Positions 28,301-42,500 of a stretch of DNA of 64,000 nt are shown in pieces; positions within the stretch are counted from its first letter, which is position 1, and the number at the start of each line of letters is the position of its first letter. Source of the DNA: Eledone cirrhosa (Eukaryota); assembly GCA_964016885.1 (NCBI GenBank), contig OZ024741.1, forward strand, positions 409,076,001 through 409,140,000, given 5' to 3'. The notes below the pieces were generated by a model that saw only the letters and a list, made by a program, of their open reading frames with translations, had not been told where the DNA came from and searched no databases. The translations under genes were made by a program, and so were the position numbers.

Positions 28301-31300
28301 ACCTATTTTAAAACGAAGACTGTGTACGTATTTTAAAAGGGAGATGTACCTATTTTAAAAAGAAGACTGTACCTATTTTAAAAGGAAGACTCTACATATT
28401 TTAAAAGGAAGACTGTGTACTTATTTTAAAAGGGAGACTGCACCTATTTTAAAAGGGAGACTGTACCTATTTTAAAAGGAAGACTGTACCTATTTTAAAA
28501 GGAAGACTGTACCTATTTTAAAAGAAGACTGTGTACTTATTTTAAAAGGAAGACTGTGTACCTATTTTAAAAGGGAGACTATGTACCTATTTTAAGAGGA
28601 AGCAGATACCTATTTTAAAAGGAAGACTGTGTACCTATTTTAAAAGGGAGACTGTACCTATTTTAAAAGGAAGACTGTATCTATTTTAAAAGGAATACTG
28701 TACTTATTTTAAAAGGAAGACTGTACCTATTTTAAAAAGAAGACTGTACCTATTTTAAAAGGAAGACTGTACCTATTTTAAAAGGAAGATTGTGTACCTA
28801 TTTTAAAAGAGAGACTGTACCTATTTTAAAAGGAAGACTGTACTTATTTTAAAAGGAAGACTGTACCTATTTTAAAAGGGAGACTGTGTACCTATTTTAA
28901 AAGGGAGACTGTACCTATTTTAAAAGGAAGACTGTGTACCTGTTTTAAAAGGGAGACTGTACCTATTTTAAAAGGGAGACTGTACCTATTTTAAAAGGGA
29001 GACTGTACCAATTTTAAAAGGAAGACTGTACCTATTTTAAAAGGAAGACTGTGTACCTATTTTAAAAGGAAGGCTGTGTACCTATTTTAAAAGGGAGACT
29101 ATGTACCTATTTTAAAAGGAAGACTGTGTACCTATTTTAAAAGGGAGACTGTACCTATTTTAAAAGGAAGACTGTATCTATTTTAAAAGGAAGACTGTAC
29201 CTATTTTAAAAGGAAGACTGTGTACCTATATTAAAAGGGAGACTGTGTACGTATTTTAAAAGGAAGACTGTGTACCTATTTTAAAAGGGAGACTTACCTA
29301 TTTTAAAAGGAAGACTGTACCTATTTTAAAAGGAAGACTGTACCTATTTTAAAAGGGAGACTGTGTACCTATTTTAAAAGGGAGACTGTGCCTATTTTAA
29401 AAGGAAGACTCTACATATTTTAAAAGGAAGACTGTGTACCTATTTTAAAAGGGAGACTGCACCTATTTTAAGAGGGAGACTGTACCTATTTTAAAAGGAA
29501 GACTGTACCTATTTTAAAAGGAAGACTGTGTACCTATTTTAAAAGGGAGACTGTACCTATTTTAAAAGGAAGACTCTACCTATTTTAAAAGGAAGACTGT
29601 ACCTATTTTAAAAGGAAGACTGTGTACCTATTTTAAAAGGGAGACTTACCTATTTTAAAAGGAAGACTGTACCTATTTTAAAAGGAAGACTGTACCTATT
29701 TTAAAAGGAAGACTGTGTACCTATTTTAAAAGGAAGACTGTACCTATTTTAAAAGGAAGACTGTACCTATTTTAAAAAGAAGACTGTACCTATGTTAAAA
29801 GGAAGACTGTACCTATTTTAAAAGGAAGATTGTGTACCTATTTTAAAAGAGAGACTGTACCTATCTTAAAAGGAAGACTGTACTTATTTTAAAAGGAAGA
29901 CTGTACCTATTTTAAAAGGGAGACTGTGTACCTATTTTAAAAGGGAGACTGTACCTATTTTAAAAGGAAGACTGTGTACCTGTTTTAAAAGGGAGACTTA
30001 CCTATTTTAAAAGGAAGACTGTACCTATTTTAAAAGGAAGACTGTACCTATTTTGAAAGGAAGACTGTGTACCTATTTTAAAAGGGAGACTGTACCTATT
30101 TTAAAAGGAAGACTCTACCTATTTTAAAAGGAAGACTGTACCTATCTTAAAAGGAAGACTGTGTACCTATTTTAAAAGGAAGACTGTACCTATTTTAAAA
30201 TGAAGACTGTGTACCTGTTTTAAAAGGGAGACTGTGTACCTATTTTAAAAGGGAGACTGTGTACCTATTTTAAAAGGAAGAATTACCTATTTTAAAAGGA
30301 AGACTGTGTACCTATTTTAAAAGGGAGACTGTACCTATTTTAAAAGGAAGACTGTGTACGTATTTTAAAAGGAAGACTGTGTACCTATTTTAAAAGGAAG
30401 ACTCTACCTATTTTAAAAGGAAGACTGTGTACCTATTTTAAAAGGGAGACTGCACCTATTTTAAAAGGGAGATTGTACCTATTTTAAAAGGAAGACTGTA
30501 CCTATTTTAGAAGGAAGACTGTACCTATTTTAAAAGGAAGACTGTGTACCTATTTTAAAAGGAAGACTGTACCTATTTCAAAAGGAAGACTATGTACCTA
30601 TTTTAAAAGGGAGACTGTGTACCTATTTTAAGAGGAAGAAGATACCTATTTTAAAAGGAAGACCGTGTACCTATTTTAAAAGGGAGACTGTACCTATTTT
30701 AAAAGGAAGACTGTACCTATTTTAAAAGGAAGACTGTACATATTTTAAAAGGAAGACTGTGTACCTATTTTAAAAGGGAGACTGTGTACCTATTTTAAAA
30801 GGAAGACTGTACCTATTTTAAAAGGAAGACTGTACCTATTTTAAAAGGAAGACTGTACCTATTTTAAAAAGAAGACTGTACCTATTTTAAAAGGAAGACT
30901 GTACCTATTTTAAAAGGAAGATTGTGTACCTATTTTAAAAGAGAGACTGTACCTATCTTAAAAGGAAGACTGTACTTATTTTAAAAGGAAGACTGTACCT
31001 ATTTTAAAAGGGAGACTGTGTACCTATTTTAAAAGGGAGACTGTACCTATTTTAAAAGGAAGACTGTGTACCTGTTTTAAAAGGGAGACTGTACCTATTT
31101 TAAAAGGGAGACTCTACCTATTTTAAAAGGAAGACTGTACCTATTTTAAAAGGAAGACTGTACCTATTTTAAAAGGAAGACTGTACCTATTTTAAAAGGG
31201 AGACTGTGTACCTATTTTAAAAGGGACACTGTACCTATTTTAAAAGGAAGACTGTGTACGTATTTTAAGAGGAAGCAGATACCTATTTTAAAAGGAAGAC

Positions 31301-34300
31301 TGTGTACCTATTTTAAAAGGGAGACTGTACCTATTTTAAAAGGAAGACTCTACATATTTTAAAAGGAAGACTGTGTACCTATTTTAAAAGGGAGACTGCA
31401 CCTATTTTAAGAGGGAGACTGTACCTATTTTAAAAGGAAGACTGTACCTATTTTAAAAGGAAGACTGTACCTATTTTAAAAGGAAGACTGTGTACTTATT
31501 TTAAAAGGAAGACTGTGTACCTATTTTAAAAGGGAGACTATGTACCTATTTTAAGAGGAAGCAGATACCTATTTTAAAAGGAAGACTGTGTACCTATTTT
31601 AAAAGGGAGACTGTACCTATTTTAAAAGGAAGACTGTATCTATTTTAAAAGGAATACTGTACCTATTTTAAAAGGAAGACTGTGTACCTATATTAAAAGG
31701 GAGACTGTGTACGTATTTTAAAAGGAAGACTGTGTACCTATTTTAAAAGGGAGACTTATCTATTTTAAAAGGAAGACTGTACCTATTTTAAAAGGAAGAC
31801 TGTACCTATTTTCAAAGGAAGACTGTGTACCTATTTTAAAAGGGAGACTGTACCTATTTTAAAAGGAAGACTCTACCTATTTTAAAAGGAAGACTGTACC
31901 TATTTTAAAAGGAAGACTCTACCTATTTTAAAAGGAAGACTGTACCTATTTTAAAAGGAAGACTGTGTACCTATTTTAAAAGGAAGACTGTACCTATTTT
32001 AAAAGGAAGACTGTACCTATTTTAAAAAGAAGACTGTACCTATGTTAAAAGGAAGACTGTACCTATTTTAAAAGGAAGATTGTGTACCTATTTTAAAAGA
32101 GAGACTGTACCTATCTTAAAAGAAGACTGTACTTATTTTAAAAGGAAGACTGTACCTATTTTAAAAGGGAGACTGTGTGCCTATTTTAAAAGGGAGACTG
32201 TACCTATTTTAAAAGGAAGACTGTGTACCTGTTTTAAAAGGGAGACTGTACCTATTTTAAAAGGGAGACTCTACCTATTTTAAAAGGAAGACTGTACCTA
32301 TTTTAAAAGGAAGACTGTACCTATTTTAAAAGGAAGACTGTACCTATTTTAAAAGGGAGACTGTGTACCTATTTTAAAAGGGAGACTGTACCTATTTTAA
32401 AAGGAAGACTGTGTACGTATTTTAAAAGGGAGATGTACCTATTTTAAAAAGAAGACTGTACCTATTTTAAAAGGAAGACTCTACATATTTTAAAAGGAAG
32501 ACTGTGTACTTATTTTAAAAGGGAGACTGCACCTATTTTAAAAGGGAGACTGTACCTATTTTAAAAAGAAGACTGTACCTATTTTAAAAGGAAGACTGTA
32601 CCTATTTTAAAAGGAAGACTGTGTACTTATTTTAAAAGGAAGACTGTGTACCTATTTTAAAAGGGAGACTATGTACCTATTTTAAGAGGAAGCAGATACC
32701 TATTTTAAAAGGAAGACTGTGTACCTATTTTAAAAGGGAGACTGTACCTATTTTAATAGGAAGACTGTATCTATTTTAAAAGGAATACTGTACTTATTTT
32801 AAAAGGAAGAGTGTACCTATTTTAAAAAGAAGACTGTACCTATTTTAAAAGGAAGATTGTGTACCTATTTTAAAAGAGAGACTGTACCTATTTTAAAAGG
32901 AAGACTGTACTTATTTTAAAAGGAAGACTGTACCTATTTTAAAAGGGAGACTGTGTACCTATTTTAAAAGGGAGACTGTACCTATTTTAAAAGGAAGACT
33001 GTGTACCTGTTTTAAAAGGGAGACTGTACCTATTTTAAAAGGGAGACTGTACCTATTTTAAAAGGGAGACTGTACCTATTTTAAAAGGAAGACTGTACCT
33101 ATTTTAAAAGGAAGACTGTGTACCTATTTTAAAAGGAAGGCTGTGTACCTATTTTAAAAGGGAGACTATGTAGCTATTTTAAGAGGAAGCAGATACCTAT
33201 TTTAAAAGGAAGACTGTGTACCTATTTTAAAAGGGAGACTGTACCTATTTTAAAAGGAAGACTGTATCTATTTTAAAAGGAAGACTGTACCTATTTTAAA
33301 AGGAAGACTGTGTACCTATATTAAAAGGGAGACTGTGTACGTATTTTAAAAGGAAGACTGTGTACCTATTTTAAAAGGGAGACTTACCTATTTTAAAAGG
33401 AAGACTGTACCTATTTTAAAAGGAAGACTGTACCTATTTTGAAAGGAAGACTGTGTACCTATTTTAAAAGGGAGACTGTACCTATTTTAAAAGGAAGACT
33501 CTACCTATTTTAAAAGGAAGACTGTACCTATCTTAAAAGGAAGACTGTGTACCTATTTTAAAAGGAAGACTGTACCTATTTTAAAATGAAGACTGTGTAC
33601 CTGTTTTAAAAGGGAGACTGTGTACCTATTTTAAAAGGGAGACTGTGTACCTATTTTAAAAGGAAGACTGTGTACGTATTTTAAAAGGAAGACTGTGTAC
33701 CTATTTTAAAAGGAAGACTCTACCTATTTTAAAAGGAAGACTGTGTACCTATTTTAAAAGGGAGACTGCACCTATTTTAAAAGGGAGATTGTACCTATTT
33801 TAAAAGGAAGACTGTACCTATTTTAGAAGGAAGACTGTACCTATTTTAAAAGGAAGACTGTGTACCTATTTTAAAAGGAAGACTGTACCTATTTCAAAAG
33901 GAAGACTATGTACCTATTTTAAAAGGGAGACTGTGTACCTATTTTAAGAGGAAGAAGATACCTATTTTAAAAGGAAGACCGTGTACCTATTTTAAAAGGG
34001 AGACTGTACCTATTTTAAAAGTAAGACTGTACCTATTTTAAAAGGAAGACTGTACATATTTTAAAAGGAAGACTGTGTACCTATTTTAAAAGGGAGACTG
34101 TGTACCTATTTTAAAAGGAAGACTGTACCTATTTTAAAAGGAAGACTGTACCTATTTTAAAAGGAAGACTGTACCTATTTTAAAAAGAAGACTGTACCTA
34201 TTTTAAAAGGAAGACTGTACCTATTTTAAAAGGAAGATTGTGTACCTATTTTAAAAGAGAGACTGTACCTATCTTAAAAGGAAGACTGTACTTATTTTAA

Positions 34301-37300
34301 AAGGAAGACTGTACCTATTTTAAAAGGGAGACTGTGTACCTATTTTAAAAGGGAGACTGTACCTATTTTAAAAGGAAGACTGTGTACCTGTTTTAAAAGG
34401 GAGACTGTACCTATTTTAAAAGGGAGACTCTACCTATTTTAAAAGGAAGACTGTACCTATTTTAAAAGGAAGACTGTACCTATTTTAAAAGGAAGACTGT
34501 ACCTATTTTAAAAGGGAGACTGTGTACCTATTTTAAAAGGGAGACTGTACCTATTTTAAAAGGAAGACTGTGTACGTATTTTAAAAGGGAGATGTACCTA
34601 TTTTAAAAAGAAGACTGTACCTATTTTAAAAGGAAGACTCTACATATTTTAAAAGGAAGACTCTGTACCTATTTTAAAAGGGAGACTGCACCTATTTTAA
34701 AAGGGAGACTGTACCTATTTTAAAAGGAAGACTGTACCTATTTTAAAAGGAAGACTGTACCTATTTTAAAAGGAAGACTGTGTACTTATTTTAAAAGGAA
34801 GACTGTGTACCTATTTTAAAAGGGAGACTATGTACCTATTTTAAGAGGAAGCAGATACCTATTTTAAAAGGAAGACTGTGTACCTATTTTAAAAGGGAGA
34901 CTGTACCTATTTTAAAAGGAAGACTGTATCTATTTTAAAAGGAATACTGTACCTATTTTAACAGGAAGACTGTGTACCTATATTAAAAGGGAGACTGTGT
35001 ACGTATTTTAAAAGGAAGACTGTGTACCTATTTTAAAAGGGAGACTTACCTATTTTAAAAGGAAGACTGTACCTATTTTAAAAGGAAGACTGTACCTATT
35101 TTAAAAGGAAGACTGTGTACCTATTTTAAAAGGGAGACTGTACCTATTTTAAAAGGAAGACTCTACCTATTTTAAAAGGAAGACTGTACCTATTTTAAAA
35201 GGAAGACTGTGTACCTATTTTAAAAGGAAGACTGTACCTATTGTAAAATGAAGACTGTGTACCTGTTTTAAAAGGGAGACTGTGTACCTATTTTAAAAGG
35301 GAGACTGTGTACCTATTTTAAAAGGAAGACTTACCTATTTTAAAAGGAAGACTGTGTACCTATTTTAAAAGGGAGACTGTACCTATTTTAAAAGGAAGAC
35401 TGTGTACGTATTTTAAAAGGGAGACTGTGTACCTATTTTAAAAAGAAGACTGTACCTATTTTAAAAGGAAGACTCTACCTATTTTAAAAGGAAGACTGTG
35501 TACCTATTTTAAAAGGGAGACTGCACCTATTTTAAAAGGGAGATTGTACCTATTTTAAAAGGAAGACTGTGTACCTATTTTAAAAGGAAGACTTACCTAT
35601 TTCAAAAGGAAGACTATGTACCTATTTTAAAAGGGAGACTGTGTACCTATTTTAAGAGGACGAAGATACCTATTTTAAAAGGAAGACCGTGTACCTATTT
35701 TAAAAGGGAGACTGTACCTATTTTAAAAGGAAGACTGTACCTATTTTAAAAGGAAGACTGTACCTATTTTAGAAGGAAGACTGTACCTATTTTAAAAGGA
35801 AGACTGTGTACCTATTTTAAAAGGAAGACTTACCTATTTCAAAAGGAAGACTATGTACCTATTTTAAAAGGGAGACTGTGTACCTATTTTAAGAGGAAGA
35901 AGATACCTATTTTAAAAGGAAGACCGTGTACCTATTTTAAATGGGAGACTGTACCTATTTTAAAAGGAAGACTGTACCTATTTTAAAAGGAAGACTGTAC
36001 ATATTTTAAAAGGAAGACTGTGTACCTATTTTAAAAGGGAGACTGTGTACCTATTTTAAAAGGAAGACTGTACCTATTTTAAAAGGAAGACTGTACCTAT
36101 TTTAATAGGAAGACTGTACCTATTTTAAAAAGAAGACTGTACCTATTTTAAAAGGAAGACTGTACCTATTTTAAAAGGAAGATTGTGTACCTATTTTAAA
36201 AGAGAGACTGTACCTATTTTAAAAGGAAGACTTTACTTATTTTAAAAGGAAGACTGTATCTATTTTAAAAGGGAGACTGTGTACCTATTTTAAAAGGAAG
36301 ACTGTACCTATTTTAAAAGGAAGACTGTACCTATTTCAAAAAGAAGACTGTACCTATTTTAAAAGGAAGACTGTACCTATTTTAAAAGGAAGATTGTGTA
36401 CCTATTTTAAAAGAGAGACTGTACCTATCTTAAAAGGAAGACTGTACTTATTTTAAAAGGAAGACTGTACCTATTTTAAAAGGGAGACTGTGTACCTATT
36501 TTAAAAGGGAGACTGTACCTATTTTAAAAGGAAGACTGTGTACCTGTTTTAAAAGGGAGACTGTACCTATTTTAAAAGGGAGACTCTACCTATTTTAAAA
36601 GGAAGACTGTACCTATTTTAAAAGGAAGACTGAACCTATTTTAAAAGGGAGACTGTGTACCTATTTTAAAAGGGAGACTGTACCTATTTTAAAAGGAAGA
36701 CTGTGTACGTATTTTAAAAGGGAGATGTACCTATTTTAAAAAGAAGACTGTACCTATTTTAAAAGGAAGACTCTACATATTTTAAAAGGAAGACTGTGTA
36801 CCCATTTTAAAAGGGAGACTGCACCTATTGTAAAAGGGAGACTGTACCTATTTTAAAAGGAAGACTGTACCTATTTTAAAAGGAAGACTGTACCTATTTT
36901 AAAAGGAAGACTGTGTACTTATTTTAAAAGGAAGACTGTGTACCTATTTTAAAAGGGAGACTATGTACCTATTTTAAGAGGAAGCAGATACCTATTTTAA
37001 AAGGAAGACTGTGTACCTATTTTAAAAGGGAGACTGTACCTATTTTAAAAGGAAGACTTTATCTATTTTAAAAGGAATACTGTACCTATTTTAAAAGGAA
37101 GACTGTGTACCTATATTAAAAGGGAGACTGTGTACGTATTTTAAAAGGAAGACTGTGTACCTATTTTAAAAGGGAGACTTACCTATTTTAAAAGGAAGAC
37201 TGTACCTATTTTAAAAGGAAGACTGTACCTATTTTAAAAGGAAGACTGTGTACCTATTTTAAAAGGGAGACTGTACCTATTTTAAAAGGAAGACTCTACC

Positions 37301-39569
37301 TATTTTAAAAGGAAGACTGTACCTATTTTAAAAGGAAGACTGTGTACTTATTTTAAAAGGAAGACTGTACCTATTTTAAAATGAAGACTGTGTACCTGTT
37401 TTAAAAGGGAGACTGTGTACCTATTTTAAAAGGGAGACTGTGTACCTATTTTAAAAGGAAGACTGTACTTATTTTAAAATGAAGACTGTGTACCTGTTTT
37501 AAAAGGGAGACTGTGTACCTATTTTAAAAGGGAGACTGTGTACCTATTTTAAAAGGAAGACTTACCTATTTTAAAAGGAAGACTGTGTACCTATTTTAAA
37601 AGGGAGACTGTACCTATTTTAAAAGGAAGACTGTGTACCTATTTTAAAAGGAAGACTTACCTATTTTAAAAGGAAGACTGTGTACCTATTTTAAAAGGGA
37701 GACTGTACCTATTTTAAAAGGAAGACTGTGTACGTATTTTAAAAGGGAGACTGTGTACCTATTTTAAAAAGAAGACTGTACCTATTTTAAAAGGAAGACT
37801 CTACCTATTTTAAAAGGAAGACTGTACCTATTTTAAAAGGAAGACTGTGTACCTATTTTAAAAGGAAGACTGTACCTATTTTAAAATGAAGACTGTGTAC
37901 CTGTTTTAAAAGGGAGACTGTGTACCTATTTTAAAAGGGAGACTGTGTACCTATTTTAAAAAGAAGACTGTACCTATTTTAAAAGGAAGACTCTACCTAT
38001 TTTAAAAGGAAGACTGTGTACCTATTTTAAAAGGGAGACTGCACCTATTTTAAAAGGGAGATTGTACCTATTTTAAAAGGAAGACTGTGTACCTATTTTA
38101 AAAGGAAGACTTACCTATTTCAAAAGGAAGACTATGTACCTATTTTAAAAGGGAGACTGTGTACCTTTTTTAAGAGGAAGAAGATACCTATTTTAAAAGG
38201 AAGACCGTGTTCCTATTTTAAAAGGGAGACTGTACCTATTTTAAAAGGAAGACTGTACCTATTTTAAAAGGAAGACTGTACCTATTTTAGAAGGAAGACT
38301 GTACCTATTTTAAAAGGAAGACTGTGTACCTATTTTAAAAGGAAGACTTACCTATTTCAAAAAGAAGACTATGTACCTATTTTAAAAGGGAGACTGTCTA
38401 CCTATTTTAAGAGGAAGAAGATACCTATTTTAAAAGGAACACCGTGTACCTATTTTAAAAGGGAGACTGTACCTATTTTAAAAGGAAGACTGTACATATT
38501 TTAAAAGGAAGACTGTGTACCTATTTTAAAAGGGAGACTCTGTACCTATTTTAAAAGGAAGACTGTACCTATTTTAAAAGGAAGACTGTACATATTTTAA
38601 AAGGAAGACTGTGTACCTATTTTAAAAGGGAGACTGTGTACCTATTTTAAAAGGAAGACTGTACCTATTTTAAAAGGAAGACTGTACCTATTTTAAAAGG
38701 AAGACTGTACCTATTTTAAAAAGAAGACTGTGTACTTATTTTAAAAGGAAGACTGTGTACCTATTTTAAAAGGGAGACTATGTACCTATTTTAAGAGGAA
38801 GCAGATACCTATTTTAAAAGGAAGACTGTGTACCTATTTTAAAAGGGAGACTGTACCTATTTTAAAAGGAAGACTGTATCTATTTTAAAAGGAATACTGT
38901 ACCTATTTTAAAAGGAAGACTGTGTACCTATTTTAAAAGGGAGACTGTGTACCTATTTTAAAAGGAAGACTGTACCTATTTTAAAAGGAAGACTGTACCT
39001 ATTTTAAAAGGAAGATTGTGTACCTATTTTAAAAGAGAGACTGTACCTATTTTAAAAGGAAGACTGTACTTATTTTAAAAGGAAGACTGTACCTATTTTA
39101 AAAGGGAGACTGTGTACCTATTTTAAAAGGAAGACTGTACATATTTTAAAAGGAAGACTGTACCTATTTCAAAAAGAAGACTGTACCTATTTTAAAAGGA
39201 AGACTGTACCTATTTTAAAAGGAAGATTGTGTACCTATTTTAAAAGAGAGACTGTACCTATCTTAAAAGGAAGACTGTACTTATTTTAAAAGGGAGACTG
39301 TGTACCTATTTTAAAAGGGAGACTGTACCTATTTTAAAAGGAAGACTGTGTACCTGTTTTAAAAAGGAGACTGTACCTATTTTAAAAGGGAGACTCTACC
39401 TATTTTAAAAGGAAGACTGTACCTATTTTAAAAGGAAGACTGTACCTATTTTAAAAGGGAGACTGTGTACCTATTTTAAAAGGGAGACTGTACCTATTTT
39501 AAAAGGAAGACTGTGTACGTAATTTAAAAGGGAGATGTACCTATTTTAAAAAGAAGACTGTACCTATTT

Positions 39570-42500
39570 TAAAAGGAAGACTCTACATATTTTAAAAGGA
39601 AGACTGTGTACCTATTTTAAAAGGGAGACTGCACCTATTTTAAAAGGGAGACTGTACCTATTTTAAAAGGAGGACTGTACCTATTTTAAAAGGAAGACTG
39701 TACCTATTTTAAAAGGAAGACTGTGTACTTATTTTAAAAGGAAGACTGTGTACCTATTTTAAAAGGGAGACTATGTACCTATTTTAAGAGGAAGCAGATA
39801 CCTATTTTAAAAGGAAGACTGTGTACCTATTTTAAAAGGGAGACTGTACCTATTTTAAAAGGAAGACTGTATCTATTTTAAAAGGAATACTGTACCTATT
39901 TTAACAGGAAGACTGTGTACCTATATTAAAAGGGAGACTGTGTACGTATTTTAAAAGGAAGACTGTGTACCTATTTTAAAAGGGAGACTTACCTATTTTA
40001 AAAGGAAGACTGTTTACTTATTTTAAAAGGAAGACTGTATACCTATTTTAAAAGGGAGACTATGTACCTATTTTAAGAGGAAGCAGATACCTATTTTAAA
40101 AGGAAGACTGTGTACCTATTTTAAAAGGGAGACTGTACCTATTTTAAAAGGAAGACTGTATCTATTTTAAAAGGAATACTGTACCTATTTTAAAAGGAAG
40201 ACTGTGTACCTATATTAAAAGGGAGACTGTGTACGTATTTTAAAAGGAAGACTGTGTACCTATTTTAAAAGGGAGACTTACCTATTTTAAAAGGAAGACT
40301 GTACCTATTTTAAAAGGAAGACTGTACCTATTTTAAAAGGAAGACTGTGTACCTATTTTAAAAGGGAGACTGTACCTATTTTAAAATGAAGACTCTACCT
40401 ATTTTAAAAGGAAGACAGTACCTATTTTAAAAGGAAGACTGTGTACCTATTTTAAAAGGAAGACTGTACCTATTTTAAAATGAAGACTGTGTACCTGTTT
40501 TAAAAGGGAGACTGTGTACCTATTTTAAAAGGGAGATTGTGTACCTATTTTAAAAGGAAGACTGTACCTATTTTAAAATGAAGACTGTGTACCTGTTTTA
40601 AAAGGGAGACTGTGTACCTATTTTAAAAGGGAGACTGTGTACCTATTTTAAAAGGAAGACTTACCTATTTTAAAAGGAAGACTGTGTACCTATTTTAAAA
40701 GGGAGACTGTACCTATTTTAAAAGGAAGACTCTGTACGTATTTTAAAAGGGAGACTGTGTACCTATTTTAAAAAGAAGACTGCACCTATTTTAAAAGGGA
40801 GATTGTACCTATTTTAAAAGGAAGACTGTACCTATTTTAGAAGGAAGACTGTACCTATTTTAAAAGGAAGACTGTGTACCTATTTTAAAAGGAAGACTTA
40901 CCTATTTCAAAAGGAAGGCTATGTACCTATTTTAAAAGGGAGACTGTGTACCTATTTTAAGAGGAAGAAGATACCTATTTTAAAAGGAAGACCGTGTACC
41001 TATTTTAAAAGGGAGGCTGTACCTATTTTAAAAGGAAGACTGTACCTATTTTAAAAGGAAGACTGTACATATTTTAAAAGGAAGACTGTGTACCTATTTT
41101 AAAAGGGAGACTGTGTACCTATTTTAAAAGGAAGACTGTACCTATTTTAAAAGGAAGACTGTACCTATTTTAAAAGGAAGACTGTACCTATTTTAAAAAG
41201 AAGACTGTACCTGTTTTAAAAGGAAGACTGTACCTATTTTAAAAGGAAGACTGTACTTATTTTAAAAGGAAGACTGTACCTATTTTAAAAGGGAGACTGT
41301 GTACCTATTTTAAAAGGGAGACTGTACCTATTTTAAAAGGAAGATGTGTACCTGTTTTAAAAGGGAGACTGTACCTATTTTAAAAGCGAGATTGTACCTA
41401 TTTTAAAAGGGAGACTGTACCTATTTTAAAAGGGAGACTGTACCTATTTTAAAAGGAAGGCTGTGTACCTATTTTAAAAGGGAGACTGTGTACGTATTTT
41501 AAAAGGAAGACTGTGTACCTATTTTAAAAGGGAGACTTACCTATTTTAAAAGGAAGACTGTACCTATTTTAAAAGGAAGACTGTACCTATTTTGAAAGGA
41601 AGACTGTGTACCTATTTTAAAAGGGAGACTGTACCTATTTTAAAAGGAAGACTCTACCTATTTTAAAAGGAAGACTGTACCTATTTTAAAAGGAAGACTG
41701 TGTACCTATTTTAAAAGGAAGACTGTACCTATTTTAAAATGAAGACTGTGTACCTGTTTTAAAAGGGAGACTGTACCTATTTTAAAAGGAAGACTCTACA
41801 TATTTTAAAAGGAAGACTGTGTACCTATTTTAAAAGGGAGACTGCACCTATTTTAAAAGGGAGACTGTACCTATTTTAAAAGGAAGACTGTACCTATTTT
41901 AAAAGGAAGACTGTACCTATTTTAAAAGGAAGACTGTGTACTTATTTTAAAAGGAAGACTGTGTACCTATTTTAAAAGGGAGACTATGTACCTATTTTAA
42001 GAGGAAGCAGATACCTATTTTAAAAGGAAGACTGTGTACCTATTTTAAAAGGGAGACTGTACCTATTTTAAAAGGAAGACTGTATCTATTTTAAAAGGAA
42101 TACTGTACCTATTTTAACAGGAAGACTGTGTACCTATATTAAAAGGGAGACTGTGTACGTATTTTAAAAGGAAGACTGTGTACCTATTTTAAAAGGGAGA
42201 CTTACCTATTTTAAAAGGAAGACTGTTTACTTATTTTAAAAGGAAGACTGTATACCTATTTTAAAAGGGAGACTATGTACCTATTTTAAGAGGAAGCAGA
42301 TACCTATTTTAAAAGGAAGACTGTGTACCTATTTTAAAAGGGAGACTGTACCTATTTTAAAAGGAAGACTGTATCTATTTTAAAAGGAATACTGTACCTA
42401 TTTTAAAAGGAAGACTGTGTACCTATATTAAAAGGGAGACTGTGTACGTATTTTAAAAGGAAGACTGTGTACCTATTTTAAAAGGGAGACTTACCTATTT

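Noticed and set aside
32080-32283. 67-aa ORF (MCTYFKRETVPILK...)
   Set aside because: It starts at a TTG inside a variant monomer and is simply the translated satellite. It stays open only because the local 22/23/25-bp order skips the TAA present in each monomer. There is no gene context.
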